59,538 nt of DNA from Mycobacteriales bacterium (GTDB lineage: Bacteria; Actinomycetota; Actinomycetes; Mycobacteriales; QHCA01). A model generated the notes under the pieces. That model did no database searches. It had not been told where the DNA came from and saw nothing but the letters and a program-made list of their open reading frames with translations. This document shows, one piece after another, positions 51,340 through 59,538 of the stretch (the stretch's first letter is position 1; every line of letters starts with the position of its first letter). The stretch spans positions 1-59,538 of the forward strand of contig JBBPZR010000030.1 in assembly GCA_038276285.1 (NCBI GenBank), read 5' to 3'. Both the position numbers and the translations under genes were made by a program.

Positions 51340-52865
51340 GTCAACTGCAACGGATCGACTACGCCGCGCTCTCACCGCTGCTGGTCGTGGCCGGCGCCGC
51401 CCTGACGGTGCTCGTCGCGGACCTCTTCCTTCCTCTCGCCCGGCGGCCCTTCGCGGTATGGCTGGCGCTGGCCGGCACCGTCACCGCGCTTGTCGTGGGG
51501 CTGTCCGTCGGCGGCACCCAGCGGCGCACCTTCTGCACGCCCGCCGCGACGCTGCCACACGGCGTACACGTCGGGGTCTCCTGCTCCTTCGTCTTCGATC
51601 ACTTCACCTTGCTGCTTACCGTGATCTTCTGCTCTGCGGCCGCGGTCTGCCTGCTGCTCTCGGTGCTACCGGTCACGACCGATCGGCTGCCGGCGGGGGA
51701 GTACGCCTTCCTCGTGCTCTCCTCGCTCGTCGGCATGCTCGCCCTCGCCGGTGCCCGCGACCTGATCACTCTCGTCATCGCGCTCGAAGTGCTCACGCTG
51801 CCGATCTACGTGCTGGCCGGGCTGCGGCGGGCCGACCCGCGCTCGGCCGAGGCAGCGGTCAAGTTCTTCCTCATCTCGGTGCTCTCCGGTGCGGTAACGC
51901 TGTTCGGGGTGAGCCTGGTGTACGGGCTGACCGGTGCGGTGCATCTCGACCGGGTGGCCGCCGCCCTGGGCCAGCGCGACGACCTGCGGCACCTCCCGCT
52001 GACCGCCGCGGCCGTGCTCCTCGTACTCGTGGGCTTCGCGTTCAAGGTGTCGGCCGTGCCGTTCCACTGGTGGGCGCCGGACACCTACCAGGGCGCGCCG
52101 GTCCCGGTGGCGGCGTTCCTGTCCACGGCGTCGAAGGCGGCCGGCGTGGCCGGGATCCTGCTCGTGGTGCTCATCGGCTTCCGCCCGTACGCCGATGTGT
52201 GGGGGCCGGTGCTGGCCGTGCTGGCCGTGCTCTCCATGACGCTCGGCAACTTGGTGGCCCTGCGGCAGCGGCATCTCGTCCGCCTCTTGGCCTGGTCTTC
52301 GGTGGCCCAGGCCGGCTACATCCTGCTGCCGCTAGGAGTCGCCGCGACTGCTCACGGGCGGTCCGACCATGCCCTGCGCACCGCCGGTGCGGCGACACTG
52401 GCCTACCTCGCCTTGTACGTCGCGATGAACGTGGGTGCCTTCGCCTGCGTGGCCTGGGTAACCCGCCGCACGCCGCGCAACGCACTCGAGGACTATCGCG
52501 GGCTGGTCCGCCGCTCCCCGTTGGTGGCCGTCGCGCTGGCGTTCTTCCTCCTCTGCCTGGCCGGGCTGCCGCCAGGGCTGGCCGGGCTGTTCGCGAAGGT
52601 CGTGGTGTTCCGGGCCGCGCTCATCGGCGGCGCCGGGATGCTGGCGGTGATCATGGCCATCAACACCGTCATCGGGCTCTACTATTACCTGCGGGTGGCC
52701 GCGTCGCTGTTCGTCGCGCCCGCCGAGGACGCCGCTCCGCGGCCGAACCCGCCACGGTCGGTGGCCCTCACCGCGGCGATCACCGTCTCGTTCGCCGTCA
52801 CGGTGCTGCTCGGCTTCGCGCCACAGGTGGTCTTGGGAATCGGGAACCTCGCCCGGCTGCCGTGA
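51336..52865 (+). CDS. nuoN2: NuoN-like antiporter subunit (second operon)
   Basis: ATG 51336 overlaps the nuoM2 stop (ATGA). FKVSAVPFHWWAPDTYQGAPVPVAAF. Confidence 0.9.
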   Translation: MSQLQRIDYAALSPLLVVAGAALTVLVADLFLPLARRPFAVWLALAGTVTALVVGLSVGGTQRRTFCTPAATLPHGVHVGVSCSFVFDHFTLLLTVIFCSAAAVCLLLSVLPVTTDRLPAGEYAFLVLSSLVGMLALAGARDLITLVIALEVLTLPIYVLAGLRRADPRSAEAAVKFFLISVLSGAVTLFGVSLVYGLTGAVHLDRVAAALGQRDDLRHLPLTAAAVLLVLVGFAFKVSAVPFHWWAPDTYQGAPVPVAAFLSTASKAAGVAGILLVVLIGFRPYADVWGPVLAVLAVLSMTLGNLVALRQRHLVRLLAWSSVAQAGYILLPLGVAATAHGRSDHALRTAGAATLAYLALYVAMNVGAFACVAWVTRRTPRNALEDYRGLVRRSPLVAVALAFFLLCLAGLPPGLAGLFAKVVVFRAALIGGAGMLAVIMAINTVIGLYYYLRVAASLFVAPAEDAAPRPNPPRSVALTAAITVSFAVTVLLGFAPQVVLGIGNLARLP

Positions 52866-52907
52866 CCCGGCTGCCGTGACCCGGCTGCCGTGACCCGGCT
52901 GCCCTGA
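52852..52907. repeat. Four tandem copies of a 14-bp unit CCCGGCTGCC(G/C)TGA spanning the nuoN2 stop codon
   Basis: Units at 52852, 52866, 52880 and 52894. The first ends with the nuoN2 TGA (52863-65). Confidence 0.9.
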
Positions 52908-52978
52908 GGCCCGGGAACGCCCCGGCTTCAGGTGGCGTTGCCTGTTAGGTAGGCACACCATGATGGTTCGGAGGACAC

Positions 52979-53848
52979 GTGTTCGGGCATCACAACGGAC
53001 TCAAGACCGCGGTTCTGCTCGGCCTGATGTCCGCGTTCATTGTCTTCGTCGGGTCGCTGTTTGGCCGGGGTGGGCTGATGATCGCGCTCGCGATCGCGAT
53101 CGGGGTCAACGGCTTCAGCTACTTCTATTCAGACAAGCTCGCGCTCCGGTCGATGCACGCCTATCCCGTGACCGAGGTCGAGCAGCCGGTGATGTACTCC
53201 ATCGTGCGCGAGCTGGCCACCGGCGCCGGCCAGCCGATGCCGAGGCTCTACATCAGCCCGACCGACCAGCCCAATGCCTTCGCCACGGGCCGCAGCCCCC
53301 GGCATGCCGCCGTCTGCTGCACCGAGGGCATCCTCACGCTGCTCGACCGCCGCGAATTGCGCGGCGTGCTCGGGCACGAGCTCTCTCATGTCTACAATCG
53401 CGACATCCTGATCTCCTCGGTGGCCGGCGCCCTGGCCAGCGTGATCACCTACCTCGCCTACATGGCGTACTTCCTGCCGATGGGCGGCTCCGACGACGAC
53501 CAGGGCAGCAACCCCATCGCCGGCCTGCTGCTCCTCCTCCTCGGGCCGATGGCCGCAGGGCTGGTCCAGATGGCGGTGAGCCGGTCGAGGGAGTTCCAGG
53601 CCGACGAGTCCGGCGCTCGTAGCACCGGGGACCCCCTGGCGTTGGCCAGTGCCCTGCGCAAACTCGAACTCGGCACGCAGGCCCGGCCGCTGCCGCAGGA
53701 CCCCAAGCTGGTCACGACGAGCCACCTGATGATCGCCAGCCCGTTCCGGCCGGGTGGGCTCGGGCAGCTGTTCTCCACGCACCCGCCGATGGACCAGCGC
53801 ATCGCCCGCCTGGAGGAGATGGCCGGGCACGGCGTCTACGGCCACTAA
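52979..53848 (+). CDS. htpX: M48-family membrane zinc protease HtpX
   Basis: GTG 52979 follows [25 protein letters not shown] (HExxH), F.THPP...RI..L. Confidence 0.92.
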   Translation: MFGHHNGLKTAVLLGLMSAFIVFVGSLFGRGGLMIALAIAIGVNGFSYFYSDKLALRSMHAYPVTEVEQPVMYSIVRELATGAGQPMPRLYISPTDQPNAFATGRSPRHAAVCCTEGILTLLDRRELRGVLGHELSHVYNRDILISSVAGALASVITYLAYMAYFLPMGGSDDDQGSNPIAGLLLLLLGPMAAGLVQMAVSRSREFQADESGARSTGDPLALASALRKLELGTQARPLPQDPKLVTTSHLMIASPFRPGGLGQLFSTHPPMDQRIARLEEMAGHGVYGH

Positions 53849-54249
53849 ACCCTCGTGTCCTGACCTCTGCCCTAGCCGTCAGCGGTAGCTGGTGTACGGG
53901 CCCGGTGCGGGTGCTGCTGGTTGGGGCGCGATTGAGCGTGTACACCAGTCTGCGCTGCACGGTCGGGGTGGGTCATCAGGGGGTGTTGGCTGCTGTCTGC
54001 GGACTGGCAGACCGGGGCTCTCAGGGGCCGGTGCTCCAGGTGTGGCCTGCGGGCCCGTGGACATCCCCGCAGTCGGCCGTACAGCAGACGCGAATGGTGA
54101 TCCGGCTGCGCAGCACGACGTCGTCGTTCAGGCACCCGCAGTCTGGGCAAACGCATGGCAGCGTCTCGCTTGGGAAAGTCGCCCCTGCGTCACGGTAGGC
54201 CGTTGCTCCGGCTCGAAGCGCCGTCGGTGGCCGTCCCTACGATGCTCAT

Positions 54250-54953
54250 GTGGACGTTCCCAGCAAGAGCCAGGTGAAGAAGGCTGGGAGCACCCTGCGC
54301 AAGTACCTGCGCGGCGAGCTGAACGACGAGGCGGCGGTCATGCACGCGCTGGAGGTCATGGAGGCGTGGCGCCGCGGGCACTACGTTCCGTTGGTGACCG
54401 CGAACAACGGGCTGCGGTCGCGGGCGCGGACAGCCGGCGTGGCCGCCGAGGTGACTCAAGGCTCAAGCGGCGGCAGACCATCCTGGAGAAGCTCCGGCGC
54501 GAGCCGACCCTCGACCTGTCGCGGATGCAGGACATCGGCGGCTGCCGCGCGGTGGTTGCGAACATGGACGACCTGCGACGGCTGGAGGCGCGGATCACCG
54601 ATCGGCTGCCCGTGATCAGCTACGCCGACTACGCTCTGAATCCCCGGGTGTCGGGTTATCGGGCCGTCCACGTCGTCGTGCCGTATCGGGATCGGGCCAT
54701 CGAGATCCAACTCCGGACTGAGTCTATGCACGCGTGGGCGCTGGCCGCGGAGCACTACTCGGCCGTCATGGGCGAGAACCTCAAGCAGGACGGAACGCAC
54801 CCGATCCAGATTTTCCTCGCGGTCGCCGCAGACATGATCGCCCTCCAGGCCGAAGGGCACCCAGTCCCTAAGGAAATGGCTACACTGCACCACCAACGTA
54901 GACTCGATGCGTTGCCGTACTTGCAAGGAGGTGTCAATGAGTCTGTCCACTAG
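54250..54953 (+). pseudogene. RelA/SpoT-domain small alarmone synthetase-like gene interrupted by a 1-nt frameshift
   Basis: The N-terminal part runs in the frame of GTG 54250 (MDVPSKSQVKKAGSTLRKYL...WRRGHYVPL...AAEVTQ). The catalytic part continues in another frame from about 54459 (RLKRRQTILEKLRREPTLDLSRMQDIGGCRAVV...VSGYRAVHVVV...IEIQLRTESMHAWA). The junction is at CAAGG, 54457-54461. Confidence 0.7.
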
Positions 54954-55509
54954 ACCCGCGAAGATCCAGCACTTCATCTTGGTCTTCGACCGTCGTGCCG
55001 GACACCTGGTGGAGCAGTTGGACTTCGGCACCGAGGCCCAGGCCGCTGTCGGCAAGTACGAGGCGCTAGAGGAGCAGTACCGCGACAGTCCGCACATGGA
55101 TATCGTGTTGGTCGGCTCGGACTCCATTGAGACCGTGCAGATCACCCACGCGAACTACTTCGATGGTTCGGCGAAGGACGTCTACGCTGACGTCTTCGGA
55201 TCGCCAACTGACCCGCGGCAGGCTCAGCCTAGGTTCCAGCCTGTGCGCACGAGATCCCATAGGCTGATCAGTCCCTGTTCTGGCACGGCAAGCGCAACTT
55301 GCGCGCGCTCGCCCGAGGCGATCGAGCGACGACTCAGCCAATGTGTCACCTCGAATCCGGTGCGTCTGGCCTCGGCGACGAGACCGTTGACGCGCGCTCG
55401 GGTGGCGCCAGCGTACTTGTGCCGACCGTACTGCTGGGCAGGTCGTGAGCCGCCGTCGGGCAGGCGTCCCTTCGTCACCATCCACAGGTTGTCGGTGAGG
55501 CCGACATAG
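54937..55509 (+). CDS. Hypothetical protein translationally coupled to the SAS-like gene (3' end uncertain)
   Basis: ATG 54937 follows GCAAGGAGG and overlaps the SAS stop (TAG 54951-53). Codon bias is plausible to about 55220. Beyond that the open frame overlaps the convergent gene and loses GC3 bias. Confidence 0.4.
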   Translation: MSLSTRPAKIQHFILVFDRRAGHLVEQLDFGTEAQAAVGKYEALEEQYRDSPHMDIVLVGSDSIETVQITHANYFDGSAKDVYADVFGSPTDPRQAQPRFQPVRTRSHRLISPCSGTASATCARSPEAIERRLSQCVTSNPVRLASATRPLTRARVAPAYLCRPYCWAGREPPSGRRPFVTIHRLSVRPT

Positions 55510-55703
55510 GTGACCCGGAGCTCGTCCGGGCGATCCTGCGGAGACAGGACGAAGGCGGAAAGGCCAGCGGTGTTGGGAATCGTGCCCATCGTGTCCCACT
55601 CGCAGAACGGCTCCCAGGAGTCGACGTTGCGGAACTGGAGTTGATGTGGTTCGAAGCCGAGGCTCGTCAACTCGTCACGGGAGGCGACGGTACCGGCGTT
55701 CAT
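55224..55703 (-). CDS. GIY-YIG-like domain protein (putative nuclease)
   Basis: ATG 55703. GLSAFVL-(x12)-TYVGLTDNL resembles the GIY...YIG motif. C-terminal EQGLISLWDLVRTGWN resembles the family's E..LI....WN end. The track ORF extends to 55940. Confidence 0.5.
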   Translation of the reverse strand: MNAGTVASRDELTSLGFEPHQLQFRNVDSWEPFCEWDTMGTIPNTAGLSAFVLSPQDRPDELRVTYVGLTDNLWMVTKGRLPDGGSRPAQQYGRHKYAGATRARVNGLVAEARRTGFEVTHWLSRRSIASGERAQVALAVPEQGLISLWDLVRTGWNLG

Positions 55704-55881
55704 TTTTGGTGGCCCTTGCTGCTCGGTGGTTCCGACCTGATTGAGTATGAGTGAAAACCATGGGGGCTTGTCTAATGCAACTCCGCGATCGTCTCGCCGC
55801 CGGACGAGCCGTTTGGGCAGGTTGCGGCTCAGTGCGGACTGACGGCTGATCCAACTCGCCGACCTGTGCGAACGCGCTGGA

Positions 55882-56373
55882 TCAGCGGTAGTTGGTGAAC
55901 TGCAGCGGGATGTCGAAGTTGCTGTCCTTGAGCAGGGCAATGACCGCCTGCAGGGCGTCCTTCTTCTTGGCGGACACCCGTAGCTGATCGCCCTGGATCT
56001 GCGCCTGAACGCCTTTCGGGCCCTGGTCGCGGATCTTCTTCGCGATCGTCTTGGCCTTGTCGGCGGCGATGCCCTGGTTGATCTTGGCGCTGAGCTTGTA
56101 GACCTTGCCGGAGGGCTGTGGCTCGCCGGGGTCGAGCGCCTTGAGAGAGATGCCGCGCCTGATCAGCTTCTCCTTGAACACCTCGAGCGCGGCCTTGAGC
56201 CGCTCCTCTGTGTCGGCCTGTAGCGCGACAGCGTCATCGCCGGCCCAGCCGATCGAGGCGTTCACGCCGCGGAAGTCGAAGCGGGTCGACAACTCCTTGG
56301 TGGTCTGGTTGAGCGCGTTGTCGACCTCCTGCCGGTCGACCTTGCTGACGACGTCGAACGAGGGGTCCGCCAC
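55882..56373 (-). CDS. yajQ: YajQ-family nucleotide-binding protein (UPF0234)
   Basis: 163 aa. [33 protein letters not shown]......LQFTNYR. Confidence 0.9.
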   Translation of the reverse strand: MADPSFDVVSKVDRQEVDNALNQTTKELSTRFDFRGVNASIGWAGDDAVALQADTEERLKAALEVFKEKLIRRGISLKALDPGEPQPSGKVYKLSAKINQGIAADKAKTIAKKIRDQGPKGVQAQIQGDQLRVSAKKKDALQAVIALLKDSNFDIPLQFTNYR

Positions 56374-56467
56374 GTGGATGCTCCTTGGTGCAGATCGGCT
56401 TGGCGCCTGTTGCGGGTCACCGGCTATCCTGCCTCCTGCGGCCGCCTGAGAGGTACGGCGGCACCTT

Positions 56468-56549
56468 GGCAGGTTGCCCGAGTGGCCAAAGGGAGCGGTC
56501 TGTAAAACCGCCGGCTCAGCCTACGTTGGTTCGAACCCAACACCTGCCA
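56468..56549 (+). tRNA. tRNA-Tyr: tRNA-Tyr (anticodon GTA), class II with a long variable arm; CCA not encoded
   Basis: Acceptor stem GGCAGGT/ACCTGCC. Anticodon stem GCGGT/ACCGC with loop CTGTAAA. T arm GTTGG-TTCGAAC-CCAAC. Discriminator A. Confidence 0.9.
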
Positions 56550-56725
56550 CAAGCATCAGTTCGGCCCTGGCCAAGCGAAAAGCGCTGGTCAGGGGCCGTT
56601 TGGGTCGATTGGCGACAGCGGGCTCGAGGCTTCGTAGCCCGTAACCGGGCATCGGTGCGCCTCGTTGTGGGTAGCAGACGCATGGGGGGTCGTCGTCTTT
56701 CTGCTTGCCATTCCTTGGAGGCCCG

Positions 56726-58864
56726 ATGCTCACCGAGCATGTGTCCGCGCGCGTCCGACTCGCCGCCGCCGCGCTTCTTGTCGCCGGTCTTGCCGCCGTA
56801 CCCCTCGCCGTCAACGTGGCCGCCGACGCAGCCACCAGCGGGCCGGCCTTCACGCCGCCGTTGATGCTCGCAGGTGGTGGAGCGGAGCCGAGCATCCGCA
56901 ACGCACCCGCCGGCCAGAAGGATCCGGCCGCCGCCTACATCTCGGCACCGACCGGGCTGGGCAGCAACTTCTGGCGGGTCGACGAGATAACGAACCCCGA
57001 CGGCACCCACTCGATGAGGGGCAGCCCGCCAATCCAGCCGGACCTCGGCACCGGCGGTGGTGACTCGGAGATCTCCGTCGGTCAGGTGAATCCCGCCACG
57101 GGATGCTCCACCATCGCTTACTCCGGTCTGCACAACATCGACCTGCTCGACAACTTCACCGTCGCCCGGTCGACCGACTGTGGCCGCAGCTTCGACCTGC
57201 TCAACCCCTACGCCACCCAGCACACGCTGACCGACCGGCAGTGGCAGACCTTCGACGGTGTGAAGACCAACCATCTCATCTACCACAAGGTCGACACCGG
57301 CCAGATCGTCGACAGCCTGTCCAGCGACGGTGGCCAGACGTACGTCAGCCTGTCGCCGGGCGGTGCGACGGGGATCATCGACCCCGCGCACTCGTACACG
57401 CTTCCGCAGAACCAGATCGGCAACATCGTCACCGACTACAGCCGCCCGGTCAGCGGCAAGACGTACCTCATCAGCGGCGAGCAGATCCACCCGCTCTACG
57501 CGATCTTCGCCGGTCCGCGGGACGCCGCCGACGCCGCGACGTCCCAGACCGACAGCGGCTACAACCACGTCGACACCGTCTACCTGGCGAAGTCCACCGA
57601 CGGCGGCCTGACCTGGGCGGACACGCCGATCTTCAGTACGGCGCCGTCCGAGCGGCGGGAACTCAACATGCTCTTCCCGGTCATCGCCGTCGACAACGCG
57701 GGTGGCCTGTACGCGGCCTGGAGCGACACCTACCGCATCCAGTACGCCACCTCGAAGGACGGCGGCGCGACGTGGAGTAAGACCTACCAGATAAACACCG
57801 ACAACCGGGGCGTGACACCGGATGCCGGTCGAGCGGACATCTTCCCGTGGATCGCGGGCGGCGGCACGGGGAAGCTCGACGTCGTCTGGTACCACGGTGA
57901 GGGCGGCAACACCAGTTTCTACCGCAACCCCGGCACCGACGACGCGACCAACGGCACCACGACATGGACTGTCGCCTTCGCGCAACTGTTCAACGCCACC
58001 AACGTCAACAGGGCCGGTGCGGCCGCTCCCACGGTCAAGGCGTACACCACCGCGGCAACCCCGCCGATCCACAAGGGCTCGATCTGCAACAACGGCACTC
58101 TATGTGACGTCCCCGGCTTCACGGGTGACCGGACGCTGCTCGACTTCTTCCAGGTCTCGGTCGACAGTGTTGGACGAGCCAACATCGCCTACGCCAACGA
58201 CTACGCCACACCTGGCACGGCCTCAACCACCTACACCCGGCAGAACGGCGGGCTCAGCGCTCTCACCGGAGCCAGGCTGAGCACGACGAGCTTCGTCCCG
58301 CTGGCGATACCGCAGGGCACGAGTTGTCCGGGGCCACAGGTCGTGGACTTCTCCGGTGACGCGCACGGCAGTGCCCAGGTCGGCGCTGACGTGCAGAACG
58401 TTGAAACCTTCGACATCCTCAACATGGGCTTGGCGACGCCGGATCTCACGCACCTCGCAGTCACCATGACGCTGAAGAACCTGTCAGAGACGCCTGCCGC
58501 CGGCACGGTGTCCAGCCTGTGGTTCGGGTACTTTGCCATCGGCGCGACCACCTATTACGTGGAGGCGAGCACCAACGGGCCCGGGGCGCAGTCGTACTCG
58601 GTGGGCACGTTCAGTGGCGGGACGCTCACGGCCACCGGCACACCGGGCGGCACGTTCACGCCGGGGCCCAACGGCACCATCCGCTGGGTCATCGACCGCG
58701 TCAACATCGGCAACCCGGCCAACGGAACGGTGGCCGGCAACCCCTACGCCGACGACCACGGGGCCTTCACGGTGGACGGGACCGGCCTCCGCTACACCGC
58801 GCCGGTTGACAAGGCTCCCGATGTCGGCACCGGTGCGCCGTACACGATCGGCGGTGCCTGCTAG
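56726..58864 (+). CDS. Secreted BNR/Asp-box repeat protein (sialidase-like beta-propeller) with a C-terminal beta-rich domain
   Basis: ATG 56726 follows GGAGG. Signal peptide ...LAAVPLAVNVAADA. Asp-boxes STDCGRSF, SSDGGQTY, STDGGLTW, SKDGGATW. Confidence 0.8.
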   Translation: MLTEHVSARVRLAAAALLVAGLAAVPLAVNVAADAATSGPAFTPPLMLAGGGAEPSIRNAPAGQKDPAAAYISAPTGLGSNFWRVDEITNPDGTHSMRGSPPIQPDLGTGGGDSEISVGQVNPATGCSTIAYSGLHNIDLLDNFTVARSTDCGRSFDLLNPYATQHTLTDRQWQTFDGVKTNHLIYHKVDTGQIVDSLSSDGGQTYVSLSPGGATGIIDPAHSYTLPQNQIGNIVTDYSRPVSGKTYLISGEQIHPLYAIFAGPRDAADAATSQTDSGYNHVDTVYLAKSTDGGLTWADTPIFSTAPSERRELNMLFPVIAVDNAGGLYAAWSDTYRIQYATSKDGGATWSKTYQINTDNRGVTPDAGRADIFPWIAGGGTGKLDVVWYHGEGGNTSFYRNPGTDDATNGTTTWTVAFAQLFNATNVNRAGAAAPTVKAYTTAATPPIHKGSICNNGTLCDVPGFTGDRTLLDFFQVSVDSVGRANIAYANDYATPGTASTTYTRQNGGLSALTGARLSTTSFVPLAIPQGTSCPGPQVVDFSGDAHGSAQVGADVQNVETFDILNMGLATPDLTHLAVTMTLKNLSETPAAGTVSSLWFGYFAIGATTYYVEASTNGPGAQSYSVGTFSGGTLTATGTPGGTFTPGPNGTIRWVIDRVNIGNPANGTVAGNPYADDHGAFTVDGTGLRYTAPVDKAPDVGTGAPYTIGGAC

Positions 58865-59325
58865 GCCGGCGAGATCACCAGGACACCCTCGACAGCGCAT
58901 GGCCCGGTGGCGTGCAGTTTGAAGGTGCCGCGCCGTCCGTGTCCGCTGAACGGCTGGTCGACCTCGGTTGCCTCGGAATCGCCGCCGTGCAGGGTGAAGC
59001 CGGTCGACGGTAGCCCTTGCGCCAGGAAAGCCGACGCCTCCTTGATCGACTGACCAGTCCTGAACCGGATCACATCCGATATCCCGGCCCGCCTCGTCTC
59101 GATCACGTGCAGCCCCGGCGGCAGTGGCAGCTCCGGTGGCACGACCCCCGGCCACGCGCTGACCTTGGGACTAGACGGACAGGGCGACGCACTCGGGATG
59201 GCCGACGCAGGCGATGAGGTCGGCCGCACGACGTTCCCGGCCGGTTTGGCCGTGGTGCACAACAATGCCGTCAGCGCCAGAACGACGAGTAGGGCGCTTC
59301 GGTTGACTCCGAATCGTGACGTCAC
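58861..59325 (-). CDS. Putative lipoprotein
   Basis: GTG 59325. Signal peptide plus lipobox-like LTALLC. Converges on the BNR gene and shares the palindromic CTAG (58861-64) as the stop codon for both strands. Confidence 0.55.
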   Translation of the reverse strand: MTSRFGVNRSALLVVLALTALLCTTAKPAGNVVRPTSSPASAIPSASPCPSSPKVSAWPGVVPPELPLPPGLHVIETRRAGISDVIRFRTGQSIKEASAFLAQGLPSTGFTLHGGDSEATEVDQPFSGHGRRGTFKLHATGPCAVEGVLVISPA

Positions 59326-59340
59326 ACAATCACTGTCGGC

Positions 59341-59538
59341 TCAGATCAGCCGCTGGGCCAAGGTGGCGTGGGTCCGGCGGGCCATGGCGTGCTCGACCAG
59401 GTGAATGAGCATCGTCTTGGTCGAGGCGCGGTCGCGCGCGTCGCAGTCGAGGATCGGCACACCGCCCGACACGCCGAGCGCCTCGCGCACCTGCTCGGAC
59501 GTATGCGCCTTGATGCCGTCAAAGCGATTGAGCCCGAC
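59341..59538 (-). CDS. C-terminal part of a Ras-like ATP/GTP-binding protein (conservon CvnD/MglA-like); 5' end outside window
   Basis: Reverse strand encodes VGLNRFDGIKAHTSEQVREALGVSGGVPILDCDARDRASTKTMLIHLVEHAM...*. This matches, from memory, the tail of actinobacterial conservon GTPases. Confidence 0.55.
   Translation of the reverse strand, partial: VGLNRFDGIKAHTSEQVREALGVSGGVPILDCDARDRASTKTMLIHLVEHAMARRTHATLAQRLI

Noticed and set aside
54021-54161. Cys-rich, zinc-ribbon-like peptide on the minus strand (LPCVCPDCGCLNDDVVLRSRITIRVCCTADCGDVHGPAGHTWSTGP*).
   Set aside because: The frame is closed by a TAG about 30 codons upstream and has no ATG/GTG/TTG start in between (only a CTG). Cys codons (TGC) arise easily in GC-rich off-frames.
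53849-56550. An integrative element at tRNA-Tyr.
   Set aside because: No integrase, excisionase or direct repeat of the tRNA 3' end is visible. The accessory-looking genes are separated from the tRNA by yajQ.

Overview
High-GC actinobacterial chromosomal window (codon third positions almost always G/C), with most genes on the + strand. All functional calls come from motif recognition by eye; no database search was run. Contents in order: (1) nt 1-11938 is a tandem, translationally coupled array of 10 paralogs (9 complete, 1 cut by the window edge) plus one decayed remnant. They encode a polytopic membrane protein that resembles the membrane and juxtamembrane module of actinobacterial sensor kinases, but every copy lacks a kinase domain. 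A 1.3-kb scar interrupts the array (ynfA pseudogene plus a small secreted protein). (2) Menaquinone genes: menC, menD, two small ORFs, menF (-), a small ORF (-), menG/ubiE and a menJ-like reductase. (3) A complete nuoA-N complex I operon followed by a polyprenyl diphosphate synthase. (4) A four-repeat Ig-like surface protein, rarD (-), and an ECF sigma / zinc anti-sigma pair. (5) korAB (2-oxoglutarate:ferredoxin oxidoreductase, -) divergent from a second 10-gene nuo-like operon (A,B,C,H,I,J,K,L,M,N) that has no nuoD/E/F/G. (6) htpX, a frameshifted RelA/SpoT-type small alarmone synthetase-like gene with a coupled downstream ORF, a convergent GIY-YIG-like gene, yajQ (-), tRNA-Tyr, a BNR/Asp-box secreted protein, a lipoprotein (-) and a partial GTPase (-). 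Several unrelated hairpin-containing tandem repeats lie in intergenic regions, and one lies inside a coding tail. Three gene 3' ends carry short tandem duplications that include the stop codon. The most unusual feature is the kinase-less sensor-like paralog array, which shows clear gene conversion and rearrangement. The korAB/nuo2 module is second.
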